From Thermoanaerobaculia bacterium (GTDB taxonomy: Bacteria > Acidobacteriota > Thermoanaerobaculia > UBA5066 > Gp7-AA6): 54,067 nucleotides of DNA. A program made the position numbers and the translations under genes. The DNA lies in the NCBI GenBank assembly GCA_041483715.1, contig JBGPGG010000004.1:1-54067 (forward strand). The letters run 5' to 3'. Every line of letters begins with the position of its first letter. The first letter of the stretch is position 1. Positions 9,345 through 19,217 of this stretch are shown here, piece after piece. Under the pieces are notes generated by a model that did not search any database, was not told where the DNA came from, and saw nothing but the letters and a program-made list of their open reading frames with translations.

Positions 9345-10546
9345 GGCAGAATTTCCCGATAGACATCGAACGTCCTGCGGGCGTTGATGACCGCGTCGAA
9401 CTTCTCGCGCGCCCGCGCATAACCCGCCTCACCCATCCGCCGGGCCCCGACGGGATCTCCGAGAGTAGCGAGGATTGCCTCGGACAGGGCCTCGGGGTCG
9501 GAGGGCGGGATCAGTCGACCCGTGACGCCGTCGTCGACCAGCTCGAGCGACGGACCGAGCCGCGACGCGACCACGGGCTTTGCCATTGCCCCCGCTTCGA
9601 TCAGCGGACGACCGAAATGTGGAACGGCCGCCGGGAAGACGAGCACATCGGTGGCGGCGAGGAGGCGGGCCACGTCAGAACGGACACCGACAAGGCGCAG
9701 GTGGCCGCCGATCGCCTGGGCCTCGGCCATCACCCTTCGGTCATACGAATCCACCCGGAGAAGGGACCGCGCGAGCGACCTCGCCCGCGTTCTTCCGCCA
9801 ACGGCAGGCGGCCGGCCTGCCACCATGAACACGGTGTCCGGCATCTTTCGCCGCACGAGCGGCACGGCACGCACCAGGGTGAGCGTGCCCTTCGCCGCGG
9901 CGACCCCCCCCAACATGGTGACGACGCGGTGTCTCGGCGGCAAGTCGAGCTCGCGTCGCGCTGCGAGGGGGTCGATGGTCCGGTCGAACACCTCGAGATC
10001 CACGAAGTTGTAGATGACCCGAACCCGGGGCGAGGGGCGAAGCCGCGCGGCATCGTATTCCGAAATCGCGATGACCCGGCTCGCATCGTGATCGATTCGC
10101 GCCTTCAGCCACTCCCGGCGCAGACCCGTGTAGCCGTCCGCGATCGGCTCCCGGATGTGCCAGACCACCGGAATCCCCTCCTGCCGTGCCGCCCGCGCGG
10201 CGGCCGCGAGCGTGGACGAGTTGAGGTGGACGAGATCGGCCCCGAGCCGACGAAAAAGATCGCGGCAAGTCTTGACCGAGGAGGCGTAGCGCGCGACCCG
10301 GGACGGCAGCTGCCACAGATTGCCGCCCCCGTACCACTCGAGCGTGGTGTGGCTGAAGTCCGAGACGCCGTGCGCAACGTGAGTTTCGATCCCCTCGGCG
10401 CGAAATCGGTCCACAGCCGGACCCGGCCGAAGCGCCACGACGACCGGCGTATAGACCGATCGGTCGATCTGCCTCAGAAGGTAGAGCAGCGAGAGCGGAG
10501 CGCCGCCGATGGCACCCCCGTGGTGGACGTACACGACGCGACGCAT
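9341..10546 (-). CDS. Glycosyltransferase family 4
   Basis: GGAPLSL N-terminus; PHFGRPLIEAGAMAKPVV; start coupled to the upstream stop. Confidence 0.9.
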   Translation of the reverse strand: MRRVVYVHHGGAIGGAPLSLLYLLRQIDRSVYTPVVVALRPGPAVDRFRAEGIETHVAHGVSDFSHTTLEWYGGGNLWQLPSRVARYASSVKTCRDLFRRLGADLVHLNSSTLAAAARAARQEGIPVVWHIREPIADGYTGLRREWLKARIDHDASRVIAISEYDAARLRPSPRVRVIYNFVDLEVFDRTIDPLAARRELDLPPRHRVVTMLGGVAAAKGTLTLVRAVPLVRRKMPDTVFMVAGRPPAVGGRTRARSLARSLLRVDSYDRRVMAEAQAIGGHLRLVGVRSDVARLLAATDVLVFPAAVPHFGRPLIEAGAMAKPVVASRLGPSLELVDDGVTGRLIPPSDPEALSEAILATLGDPVGARRMGEAGYARAREKFDAVINARRTFDVYREILP

Positions 10547-11475
10547 CACCGTACGCCGGCGCCGGCCCGGCGAAGCTCGAGAACGCCGCTCCACATACCC
10601 CACAGCCTAGCGGCCTCGGCGACCCAGTCGAGTGAGGCGAATGCCAGGCAATCCGCGCGACCTCGAGGCGAGTTGGCCGATAGCTGCCATCCGCGCCACA
10701 GAGCCCTCGCCGGGAGCAAGAGCCCCAGACCGCTCCACAACGAGGCCTTTGCCAGCGCCCATTGGATCGATCTCCACGGATGGCGGTAACGCTCCCGGAG
10801 CACCTGGGGAAAGCCGCGACCCCTCTCGGCGCGCTGACGCCAGAACCCGCCGAGGTCCGGAGGCGCCACGTGGGTCACCAGGATCGTGCGGTCGAACACC
10901 TTGCGATAGCCGGCCGCTGCCAGGCGGTCGCCGAACCATCCGTCCTCGCCCGCGACCATCGGCACGGCGATCTCCGGAAACAGACCCACGGCCAACGCAG
11001 CTTCCCGGCGGCACGAGAATCCCTCCGTCCAGTTCATCTGTGATTCCGTGGCTGGATTCGGCGGGTAATCGCACTCGTGGAGCGCCTGAACGTAGCGTCC
11101 GGTCAGCGACTCGATGTTCGAAACGCGGCTCTCCACGAGGACGTAGTCGGCGCCCTCCTCATAGTGCGGCAGGATTCGCCGCAGGAAGTCCCGCGGCAGT
11201 CGCACGTCGGCGTTCAGGATGACGACGATCTCTCCGCGCGCGGCAAGGATGCCGTCGTTGCGCTGCGCCGTCCGGCCGCCGCCCCGCCCGTGCCGAATCA
11301 GACGAATGGGAGGCGACGGATAGCCGCCGACGATCTCCGGGGTGGCGTCGTCCGAGGCATCGACGACGATCACGTCGAGGTCCGCCGCATCCAGAGCGAT
11401 CAACGCGTCGAGCGTTCCGCGGATGTCCGCCGCCTCGTTGTACGTGGGGATCACGATCGACACGCCGAGCATCAT
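10546..11475 (-). CDS. Glycosyltransferase family 2
   Basis: VSIVIPTYNE, VVDASDDAT, ILNAD and GED motifs. Confidence 0.9.
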   Translation of the reverse strand: MMLGVSIVIPTYNEAADIRGTLDALIALDAADLDVIVVDASDDATPEIVGGYPSPPIRLIRHGRGGGRTAQRNDGILAARGEIVVILNADVRLPRDFLRRILPHYEEGADYVLVESRVSNIESLTGRYVQALHECDYPPNPATESQMNWTEGFSCRREAALAVGLFPEIAVPMVAGEDGWFGDRLAAAGYRKVFDRTILVTHVAPPDLGGFWRQRAERGRGFPQVLRERYRHPWRSIQWALAKASLWSGLGLLLPARALWRGWQLSANSPRGRADCLAFASLDWVAEAARLWGMWSGVLELRRAGAGVR

Positions 11476-12659
11476 GCTTGCGAACGATCGCCGCGATGCG
11501 GAGATGCGAGATCGCCCCACATTTCCCGGTAATGCCGGCCGAGCTCCGAGTAATAGCGCTCCCAGGTGAACTGGCTGACATACTGGCGAGCGGATTCCCC
11601 CATGGTTCGCCTTAGGGCGTCATCCTGCAGCCGGAGCAGACTCTCGGCGATCACGTCCGGATCTCGGATCGGCACGACGAACCCGTCCACGCCGTCTCGA
11701 ATCTCGGCGCCGACGTTCTGCGAGACGATCAGGGGCAGCCCGCAGGCCGCCGCCTCGTACACCACCATGCCGAAGCCGTCCTCGATCGAAGGCAGCACGA
11801 AGACGGAGGCCTGCTGGTACATCCGGACGAGCTGCCCGTGAGGAAGAAACGGCACGAGGCGATAGAGACCATCGTACTTTGCCAGAAAGGCGCGCGCCTC
11901 GGGAAACGGCTCGCCCACGAGAATGAGCTCGCTCGGTCGCCGTAGCCCCGCGCGACGAAAGCCTTCCAGAAGATCCGGCACACCCTTGCGCAGGCTCACC
12001 GCGCCCACGAACAGGACTCGGAAGACGTCGTCCTCCTTCGCCCCCGGGCAGAACCGCTCCGTGGAAACGCCCAGCGGCAAACGGCGCAGCTTGGCCGCCG
12101 GTACACCCTGATCGACCATCGTCCGGTAGACGAATTCCGACGGAACGATGATCCAGTCGGCCTCGGCATATTCCTGCACATGCTTTGCGACTGTGCGCTC
12201 GTTCACGGCCGGATAGGAGAGACCAAAACGGCCGAACTCCTCCCGCAGCAGCGCGTGCTGGACCACAGGATGGGCGGAAGCGCGATCGACGACCGTGATC
12301 CCGCCCGCGCGCCGCGCAGCGCGGATCCCGTGCAAGGCGTGATGATTGAACGCGTGATAGATGTCGGCCTCGGAGGCGTACCGGCTGGCCGCGCGGTCGA
12401 ACCAGTTGTCGCCGACGAAATAGGACCAGCCGAGGCTGCCGGCAAAGGGCAGGCGCTGGATAAGCCTCGCGGCATAGGCCGGCGCCGGGAACTCCACGAT
12501 CTTCTCGGGTGGAAGGCCCGTCTCGCTTCGATCGAATATCGTCGTGACGAACCGGTGCAGGAGCCCCGCCCGATGGGCGCCCCGCGCCAGATGATAGGCA
12601 TGGAACTTCCCTCCGGAAACGACCACGACCTTCGGCGCGCGCGTCGGGCTTTCCCTCAC
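11472..12659 (-). CDS. Glycosyltransferase family 4
   Basis: FVGAVSLRKG and FVLPSIEDGFGMVVYEAAACGLP motifs. Confidence 0.9.
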   Translation of the reverse strand: MRESPTRAPKVVVVSGGKFHAYHLARGAHRAGLLHRFVTTIFDRSETGLPPEKIVEFPAPAYAARLIQRLPFAGSLGWSYFVGDNWFDRAASRYASEADIYHAFNHHALHGIRAARRAGGITVVDRASAHPVVQHALLREEFGRFGLSYPAVNERTVAKHVQEYAEADWIIVPSEFVYRTMVDQGVPAAKLRRLPLGVSTERFCPGAKEDDVFRVLFVGAVSLRKGVPDLLEGFRRAGLRRPSELILVGEPFPEARAFLAKYDGLYRLVPFLPHGQLVRMYQQASVFVLPSIEDGFGMVVYEAAACGLPLIVSQNVGAEIRDGVDGFVVPIRDPDVIAESLLRLQDDALRRTMGESARQYVSQFTWERYYSELGRHYREMWGDLASPHRGDRSQA

Positions 12660-14176
12660 GTGCTCCGTAATCCCCGACGAAGCGTGCGCCAGGCCTCAAC
12701 CACCTTCGCCCGATCGAAATACCACACGCCGCAGCCGAACACGAGGCCGCTCAAGACTCCCTTGACGGCCGCGGAGGCCCAGATGTTGCCCGGAAGGGAG
12801 GACCGGAGAATCCCCACGAGCCCGACGACGACGACGGCCGCGCCGGCCGGCCGGAGATAGAGGCGCCAGCTCGAGATGCCGAGACAACGCTGAACGCGGC
12901 GTTCGCTGCTGGCCAAACCGATGACGCTCATGACGCTCACCACGACCGCGGCGCCGGCCGCGCCGAAGAAATACACCGCCGGAGGACAGGCCAGCACCAT
13001 GAAGAGCGCCTGCACCGCCATCGCCCCCCGGAGCTCCCGCTCCCGGCGTGCCGCAAGAAGAAGCTGGGCGTTGTTCTGGAACAGCGGCCTCCCGACCACG
13101 AAGAGGATCATGAGGCGCAGCAGCGGGACCATGGGAACCCATTCGTCGCCGAGAACGTGCACCAGGTCGTTGGCGGCGACGAAGGCGTACGCGCCCGAGA
13201 AGAAGATGATCCACGCGAGCAGCCACGTCAGCCGACGATAGATGCCGGCCGCCACTTCCCGGCCGCGCGCCGTGCCCTCGACGTAGAGCGCAAGGGCATT
13301 GCTGGCAATCATGCCGGCCGCCAGATCCATCGGCAGCTTGCCCACGCTGTAGGCCCGGTCGTAGAGAGCTTCCGGTTCGACGCCGGCGCTACGCCAGAGG
13401 GTCGGACCCGATCGCTTCAGATTGAAGACCAGCCAGTCATCGAACTGGAATGTAATCTTCGACAGCAACCCCGAGGACCACATCGTCCATGCCAGGCGCA
13501 TCTGCTCGCGAACCTGGCGAGGACTCCAGACGAAAGCCGGGCGCCAGCGGATGAAGAGCAGAGCGCCCAGGCGCGGGATCACGAGGGGGACGAGCGCGTC
13601 CACGACGAGCGCCAGAAGTGTGGCACCGCGTAGCGCTAGAAGAACCGGAAGGCCGAAGCCGACGACGGCCGAGAGGGCCGTGAAGCGGCCCAGGACATCC
13701 TGGCGCAACCGCTTCTCGGTGAGGTACATATGTGTCGAAGTGAGCGCTTCCAGCTGGGAAGCCGCCAGGAGCACGAAAATGAGCAACCAGACGGCGGGAG
13801 GCGCCAGGTGGGGCCATCCGAGCGCGAGCAACCCGGCCAGGACGATCCCGCAGAGGGCGGACGCGTTCTCGATCAGAAACTGCGTGTTGAGAACGTCGGG
13901 CTCTTCCCGACTCGTCAGAACCGCGAGCCGAAGGTCAAGCCGCGCGAAGCCTAGAAAAGACGCCCAGACCGTCGCGCCGGCAACCAGGCCGAAGAACTCC
14001 CGGCCGACCAGCCGGGCCAGGAGGATAGCCTTGACCACACCGAGGGCGAACCACAGGTACTGCCCGAAGCCTGTCCACAGCGCGCCGCGCGTGGCGAGTC
14101 GCGCGAGCGAAGGCGGTTGGTCGAGCGACGGCCGCCCGGGCGGATTCGGGGCGGAATCGGGGGGGCGCTCTCTCAT
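12656..14176 (-). CDS. wzx: Oligosaccharide flippase (Wzx)
   Basis: About 12-14 TM helices, ILLARLVGREFFG, LGDEWVPMVPLL and GAAGAA motifs; polysaccharide-locus context. Confidence 0.8.
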   Translation of the reverse strand: MRERPPDSAPNPPGRPSLDQPPSLARLATRGALWTGFGQYLWFALGVVKAILLARLVGREFFGLVAGATVWASFLGFARLDLRLAVLTSREEPDVLNTQFLIENASALCGIVLAGLLALGWPHLAPPAVWLLIFVLLAASQLEALTSTHMYLTEKRLRQDVLGRFTALSAVVGFGLPVLLALRGATLLALVVDALVPLVIPRLGALLFIRWRPAFVWSPRQVREQMRLAWTMWSSGLLSKITFQFDDWLVFNLKRSGPTLWRSAGVEPEALYDRAYSVGKLPMDLAAGMIASNALALYVEGTARGREVAAGIYRRLTWLLAWIIFFSGAYAFVAANDLVHVLGDEWVPMVPLLRLMILFVVGRPLFQNNAQLLLAARRERELRGAMAVQALFMVLACPPAVYFFGAAGAAVVVSVMSVIGLASSERRVQRCLGISSWRLYLRPAGAAVVVVGLVGILRSSLPGNIWASAAVKGVLSGLVFGCGVWYFDRAKVVEAWRTLRRGLRST

Positions 14177-14369
14177 GCGGCGGACGACAAGCCCCGCGTC
14201 CTCGGAGTCATCGCCGGGCGAGGATTCTCGGAGGCCGGCCCTGATAAGCTGCGAGCCGACGCCTCATGGCACTCCCCCCAAGGCGACGAACTCCATCTCG
14301 CGGGCGTCATCCTACCATCGCGGTTCCCGCCCCCTTTCTCCGAGCCCGCGCCGCGTGGAGTGGATGAGC

Positions 14370-15488
14370 ATGCGGATCCTGATGGTCGGTCATACATATC
14401 TCGTGGAAGAGAACCAGAAGAAGCTGTGGGCGCTGGCCAAGCAGCCCGGCGTCCAGCTCGAGCTGGTCACGCCGCACCGCTGGCCCGAGCCATTGCTCGG
14501 GTCGCTGTCTCCGCACGTTGCCCTCCATGCGCCTTTCGCGACTCGGCCGATTCGGGCCGTGTGCACGGGAGCGGAGCAGTTCTACTGGTACCTCTCGGCA
14601 GACCTCGGCATGCGGCGGTTCAAACCCGACGTCCTGTGCGTCGAACAAGGCGCCGGCTCGTTCGTCTACGCCCAGAGCCTTCTCTACCGCGGTCTTCATG
14701 CTCGCCGCGCGAAAGCCGTGTTCTTCACCTGGTGGAACCTCCCCTATCAGGCCCGGTGGCCGCTCTCGGCGATCGAGCGGTTCAACCTCAGACGCTCCCA
14801 GGGCGCGGTCGCCGGCAACTCCGACGCGGCGGCCCTGCTCCGCGAGCACGGTTTCGGCGGACCGCTCGCCGTTCTGCCTCAGCTCGGCATCGATCCCGAG
14901 GAGTTTCGGCCGGCAGACGCGACGGACCTGCGACGGCGGCTGGGGCTCGATCGCTTCACGGTCGGATTCGCCGGACGGTTCGTGGAGACCAAAGGCATCC
15001 TCGTCCTCCTCGAGGCGTTGCGCGGAGCCGCGTTCGATTTCCAGCTTCTCCTGCTCGGGCGGGGGCCGCTCGAGCCCGAGATCCGCGCCCGCGTCGCGTC
15101 TGGCGGCTGGAGCAATCGGGTCAAGATCGTCTCCGGGCTCGGGCACCGCGAGATCGCCCGCTATTACCGGTGCATGGACGTGATGGTGCTCCCGTCCCTG
15201 ACGAGACCGCCCTCCAAGGAGCAGTTCGGCCATGTCCTCATCGAAGCGATGGCGTCGGAAGTGCCCGTGATCGGGTCGGACTGCGGCGAAATCCCCAACG
15301 TCATCGGCGATGCGGGATTCCTCACGCCCGAGGGCGATGCAAAGGCCCTGCTCGGCGCCCTCGCGCGCGTCGCGGCCTCGCCCGCGCTGCGCCGCGAGAT
15401 GGGAACGGCCGGAAGGCGACGCGTCCTGGACCTCTATACGCACGACGGGCTCGCGCGACGCCTCGTCGCATTTTTCCGTTCTCTGTGA
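14370..15488 (+). CDS. Glycosyltransferase family 4
   Basis: MRILMVGHTY start; KEQFGHVLIEAMASEVPVIGS; the ORF-track 5' extension is antisense to wzx. Confidence 0.9.
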   Translation: MRILMVGHTYLVEENQKKLWALAKQPGVQLELVTPHRWPEPLLGSLSPHVALHAPFATRPIRAVCTGAEQFYWYLSADLGMRRFKPDVLCVEQGAGSFVYAQSLLYRGLHARRAKAVFFTWWNLPYQARWPLSAIERFNLRRSQGAVAGNSDAAALLREHGFGGPLAVLPQLGIDPEEFRPADATDLRRRLGLDRFTVGFAGRFVETKGILVLLEALRGAAFDFQLLLLGRGPLEPEIRARVASGGWSNRVKIVSGLGHREIARYYRCMDVMVLPSLTRPPSKEQFGHVLIEAMASEVPVIGSDCGEIPNVIGDAGFLTPEGDAKALLGALARVAASPALRREMGTAGRRRVLDLYTHDGLARRLVAFFRSL

Positions 15489-15494
15489 GCCGCA

Positions 15495-17024
15495 TCAGCC
15501 AGCCCGTGAGTCCGTCGGCCGAATCTGTGGTTCGATTGTCAGCCTGAGAAGCCACCAAAGGCTTCCCGCGAGGATGCCGCCGAGAACCAGCGGTATGAGC
15601 CCCGCCCAACCGATTCCGCGGTAGAGCGCCCGAACCCACCACCAATCGGGCGCGTTCAAGCCAATGTCGTGAGCCAACCGGTATTCGTGGCTCGCGGGCC
15701 CCCTCAGGTATTCCAGGGAGTCGCTCGAACGGAGATGGCGGAAGGCGTTGAGGACGTTCCCGCCTTGATTGAGAAGGAGGGACCACTCGGGACTCCAGTC
15801 CAGCTCGCGCCCGTATTCGACGTGCGCGACGGTTGCCCGAATGCAGGTCCGCAGCCACGCCGCGGAGATCGAGAGCAGCTGAATACCCACGCTGGCCACG
15901 ACGAGCCCGGCCAGGACGATCCGCGTGCCTCGACCGGCTTCTCGCCAGTGCGCGAGGCCGTCGGCCCAGACCACGGCGATCAATGGCATCAGGGGCAGCA
16001 GGTAATGTGGTCCCCAGCTCCACATTCCCAAGCCCTCAAACTGGCTGTATGCAAAAAGGTACGCCAGGCTGATGACGCCGAGGCTCGCTGTGAGCGCAGG
16101 TGCTCGCTGAGATGTCCGACGCACCAGGAAGGGCACGGCGATCGCCAGCGGCACGTACCAAAGCAGTCCACGTCCCGGGCTCACCAGGAATGTCGCGAGG
16201 CCTTTCCAGATCGACGCGCCGAACCAGTAGAGGGGCTTGCGTTCGTATCCGGTCGAGAACGGCCGCCCGAAGCGCAGCCAGTCGTACCAGAGAACGAGCA
16301 CGACGGCTGGCACCAGGCCTGCCCCGAACCGAAACACATCGATCCACCGACTCCGGCGGGAACGTGAGCGGCCGCACACGGCAATGAGCAGTATCACGCC
16401 GGGCAGAGCAAACACGATGGAGTACCGGGTCATCAACCCGAATCCGAAGACGAGTCCCGCGGTGAAGATGGCTGCTTTCGAACCGTGCTTGAAGGCGAAC
16501 AGCAGCGTCGCCAGGCAGGTCGTCAGGCACAGCGTCTCCATCAAGTGGTCGTAGCTGTCTCGCGAATGGTCCCAGACGATCGTACCGAGCCCGCACAGCG
16601 CGGCCGCACCCAGTGCCACCCGCTGGCCGTGGCCGAGCTGTCGGGCCAGGGCAAACACCGCGACCGCCAGGAGCGCACCGACGAAGCTGTTGAGGAACGA
16701 AGCAAGCACGGCTGGCCAATCCGAGGTGCCGCCCACCAGCCCCTTGATACCGAGACCTGTGACGTGCAGGGGCACGAAAGCGAGCGACTGCCCGATTCCG
16801 AAATACGAGTAGGCGTTCCCATCGGGGCCGTACACGATCCAATGAGAGCCGAGTGCCGGGAGTATCTGCGGCGGCAGAACCGGCCGACCATATTCGACCA
16901 GTCCGACGGCGACCATGTAACGCGTCCAGCCATCGGTATTCCAGATATGACCAGCGGCCGTGAGGAGATAGATCGCGAGAAAGAGGACGAATACCAGCCC
17001 GTAGGGCAGCACCCGACGGACCAT
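15495..17024 (-). CDS. GT-C fold integral membrane glycosyltransferase (ArnT/PMT-like)
   Basis: Polytopic; N-terminal loop NTDG, SYFGIGQS, SPGRGLLWY and WGPHYLLP motifs. Confidence 0.7.
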   Translation of the reverse strand: MVRRVLPYGLVFVLFLAIYLLTAAGHIWNTDGWTRYMVAVGLVEYGRPVLPPQILPALGSHWIVYGPDGNAYSYFGIGQSLAFVPLHVTGLGIKGLVGGTSDWPAVLASFLNSFVGALLAVAVFALARQLGHGQRVALGAAALCGLGTIVWDHSRDSYDHLMETLCLTTCLATLLFAFKHGSKAAIFTAGLVFGFGLMTRYSIVFALPGVILLIAVCGRSRSRRSRWIDVFRFGAGLVPAVVLVLWYDWLRFGRPFSTGYERKPLYWFGASIWKGLATFLVSPGRGLLWYVPLAIAVPFLVRRTSQRAPALTASLGVISLAYLFAYSQFEGLGMWSWGPHYLLPLMPLIAVVWADGLAHWREAGRGTRIVLAGLVVASVGIQLLSISAAWLRTCIRATVAHVEYGRELDWSPEWSLLLNQGGNVLNAFRHLRSSDSLEYLRGPASHEYRLAHDIGLNAPDWWWVRALYRGIGWAGLIPLVLGGILAGSLWWLLRLTIEPQIRPTDSRAG

Positions 17025-17040
17025 AGCCGGGGCCTTCGCG

Positions 17041-18234
17041 CTACGCTTCAAAGACATCGCCATGGGCCTCCCTGAACGCGGCGCGCAGCAACGCCTCGAT
17101 CGAAGCGCGCGCGAAGTGCCGCAGAGCATACTCGCGGCTCGCCGCCCCCATCGCACTCCGCCGCTCGGGGTTGCGCAACAGCCCGTCGATCGCTTCCGCC
17201 AGCGCTGCCACGTCGCCGCTCGGCACGAGCCGCCCGGTCAGACCCTCCTGGACCAATCCCTCCGGGCCGCCGCTGCGCGTCGCGACGACCGGAACACCGC
17301 ATGCCATGGCCTCCACGACGGAGATGCCCAACCCCTCCTGCAAGGAGGGAAAGACGAAGACCGTGGCGCCTCGGTAGAGGGCGGGAAGCTCGTCGGCCGG
17401 AACGTATCCCGCAAACTGGACCCGCTCGGCCACGCCCAGGTCCACCGCGAGTTGCCGGATCTCAGCCGTCGGCTCGTCACCGGCGATGACGAGCTTCAGC
17501 CGCGGATGCGCAGCGCCCACGCGCGCAAAGGCGCGGAGCAACAGGGCGGGGTTCTTTCTTGGGTCGCGGATGCGCGCCGTCAAGAGCAGGTATGGCGGAT
17601 CCGACGGCCCTCCCCCAGGTCGAAATCGATCCGTATCGACCGGGCAGACGACCGTCCGGAGCCGTGGCACGACGCCCGGCCATCGCTGCGCGATCCGCTC
17701 CCGGGTGTATTCGCTGACCGCGAGAACGACGCTGGCGCGTTCATAGCAAAGGCCTTCCTGCGCCTCGAGGATCGGCCAATCGCGACTGCGGAGCAACCCC
17801 TGCGCCCAGCGGTCGCCCGCCTCCGCACGCGCGCGAAGCTCGTCCTCGTAGACCGTCCCCACCCACAGCACGTATGGGCGTTGCGCCAGGGCGCGCGGAA
17901 GGCCGACGTGGCTGCTTCCCGAGACCACGGCGCCGATCGGCGCTTGCACTGCTGCCCGGGCGAGTCGCGGCAGATGATACTGATAGCGGGGTCGGACCGG
18001 GTACGCCGCAGTTGCCTCGGCCGTCATGCCGTCGCGCAGAACGCCTCTTACCGGCGGCCTGCCGAGGAAGTACCGCGCGATGCGAAGCGTCGAGCCGGTC
18101 GGCACCTCCTCGGTTGCGCTATAGAGGAGGGTCGGAGAGTGCCCGGAGGCAACGAGCCAATCGTAAACCACTCGCGTCACGGCCGGAACGCCGCCGCGCG
18201 GCGAATCCAGGGTAAAGATCGTGGCGCGGGCCAC
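17041..18234 (-). CDS. Glycosyltransferase family 4
   Basis: FVFPSLQEGLGISVVEAMACGVPVV. Confidence 0.9.
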   Translation of the reverse strand: MARATIFTLDSPRGGVPAVTRVVYDWLVASGHSPTLLYSATEEVPTGSTLRIARYFLGRPPVRGVLRDGMTAEATAAYPVRPRYQYHLPRLARAAVQAPIGAVVSGSSHVGLPRALAQRPYVLWVGTVYEDELRARAEAGDRWAQGLLRSRDWPILEAQEGLCYERASVVLAVSEYTRERIAQRWPGVVPRLRTVVCPVDTDRFRPGGGPSDPPYLLLTARIRDPRKNPALLLRAFARVGAAHPRLKLVIAGDEPTAEIRQLAVDLGVAERVQFAGYVPADELPALYRGATVFVFPSLQEGLGISVVEAMACGVPVVATRSGGPEGLVQEGLTGRLVPSGDVAALAEAIDGLLRNPERRSAMGAASREYALRHFARASIEALLRAAFREAHGDVFEA

Positions 18235-18238
18235 GGCG

Positions 18239-19060
18239 CTACCCGGAGCCCCGAGCGCGCCGCATCTGGCTCCGCCGCGCGATACCGAGGTTGAAGACAC
18301 GCTCGTGCTCCAGGGACTCATTGCGGCAGAAGTCGACGAAGGCGGTGTTGGCGAGGACGTCATCGGACACCAGCAGCCCACCGTCGCGGACCTTCGGCCA
18401 CGCGGCCTCGAACTCCCACATCATGTTTTCGTAACTGTGGTCGCTGTCGTGCAGGAAGATGTCCACCCGATCCAGACCCGCCAGAAGCGCGGGCAGCCGA
18501 TCGCGCGAGCGGCCAAGCAACAGGGTGTGTCGCGCGCGAAGCGATTCAGGAACGATCCAGTTCGAGGCGGCGCCCGCCGGCAACAAGTCGTGATACCTCG
18601 CGCGCGGGATGCGCCCCGCCTCCGGGGCCGGCGGTGGAGGCACGTCAATCGTCGAGAGGTGGCCCACTCCGTTGAGCTCCATCGCGCGCAGGATGAAGGC
18701 GGTGGACTTGCCCGGTGTCCCGCCCGTTTCGACGACGAGGGAGGGACGCATGCCACGCACGAGCGCGTATAGCGTGACTTCGTTGAAGAACACGCTGCCC
18801 CCCTCGCCGGCCATCATGAAGTCCACCGCCCGCGGTTCGTAGGATGTCCACGCCGTGAGGCGCTCGCGGATTTCAAGTACGAACGTCTCGTCGCTTTCGA
18901 TTTCCCGCACGTAGGCGCTGAGCGCCGCCGCGGACAGCCCGGTGGCGAACGTCAGAAGTCTCCGTCGCCGGAAAATGTTGCGGACGGCGGAGGCCAGGAC
19001 GGCCGGATTGTGACACTCGCGGACACGCTCGAGCCAAACCCGCAGGCCACGACTCGGCAT
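18239..19060 (-). CDS. Class I SAM methyltransferase (Methyltransf_24-like)
   Basis: VVETGGTPGKST, IFLHDSDHSYENM and GGLLVSDDV motifs. Confidence 0.85.
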   Translation of the reverse strand: MPSRGLRVWLERVRECHNPAVLASAVRNIFRRRRLLTFATGLSAAALSAYVREIESDETFVLEIRERLTAWTSYEPRAVDFMMAGEGGSVFFNEVTLYALVRGMRPSLVVETGGTPGKSTAFILRAMELNGVGHLSTIDVPPPPAPEAGRIPRARYHDLLPAGAASNWIVPESLRARHTLLLGRSRDRLPALLAGLDRVDIFLHDSDHSYENMMWEFEAAWPKVRDGGLLVSDDVLANTAFVDFCRNESLEHERVFNLGIARRSQMRRARGSG

Positions 19061-19217
19061 CTCCCCGCCTCCGACCACGACGCGATGCTACCGCGCGCCC
19101 TCATGAGGCGGAACGGAAGACCTCGCTGTTCTCGTCACAAAACCCAGTTCGCTCGAAACGGGGATGCGACCCTTTGTGCAGTCGTCGTCTGCCCCACGAC
19201 GGTTAGACTGACGCCGT

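Noticed and set aside
13422-14369. Long N-terminal extensions of ORFs 13422, 20783, 31397, 38641 and 43972
   Set aside because: They overlap other real genes; recognisable domains start at downstream start codons.
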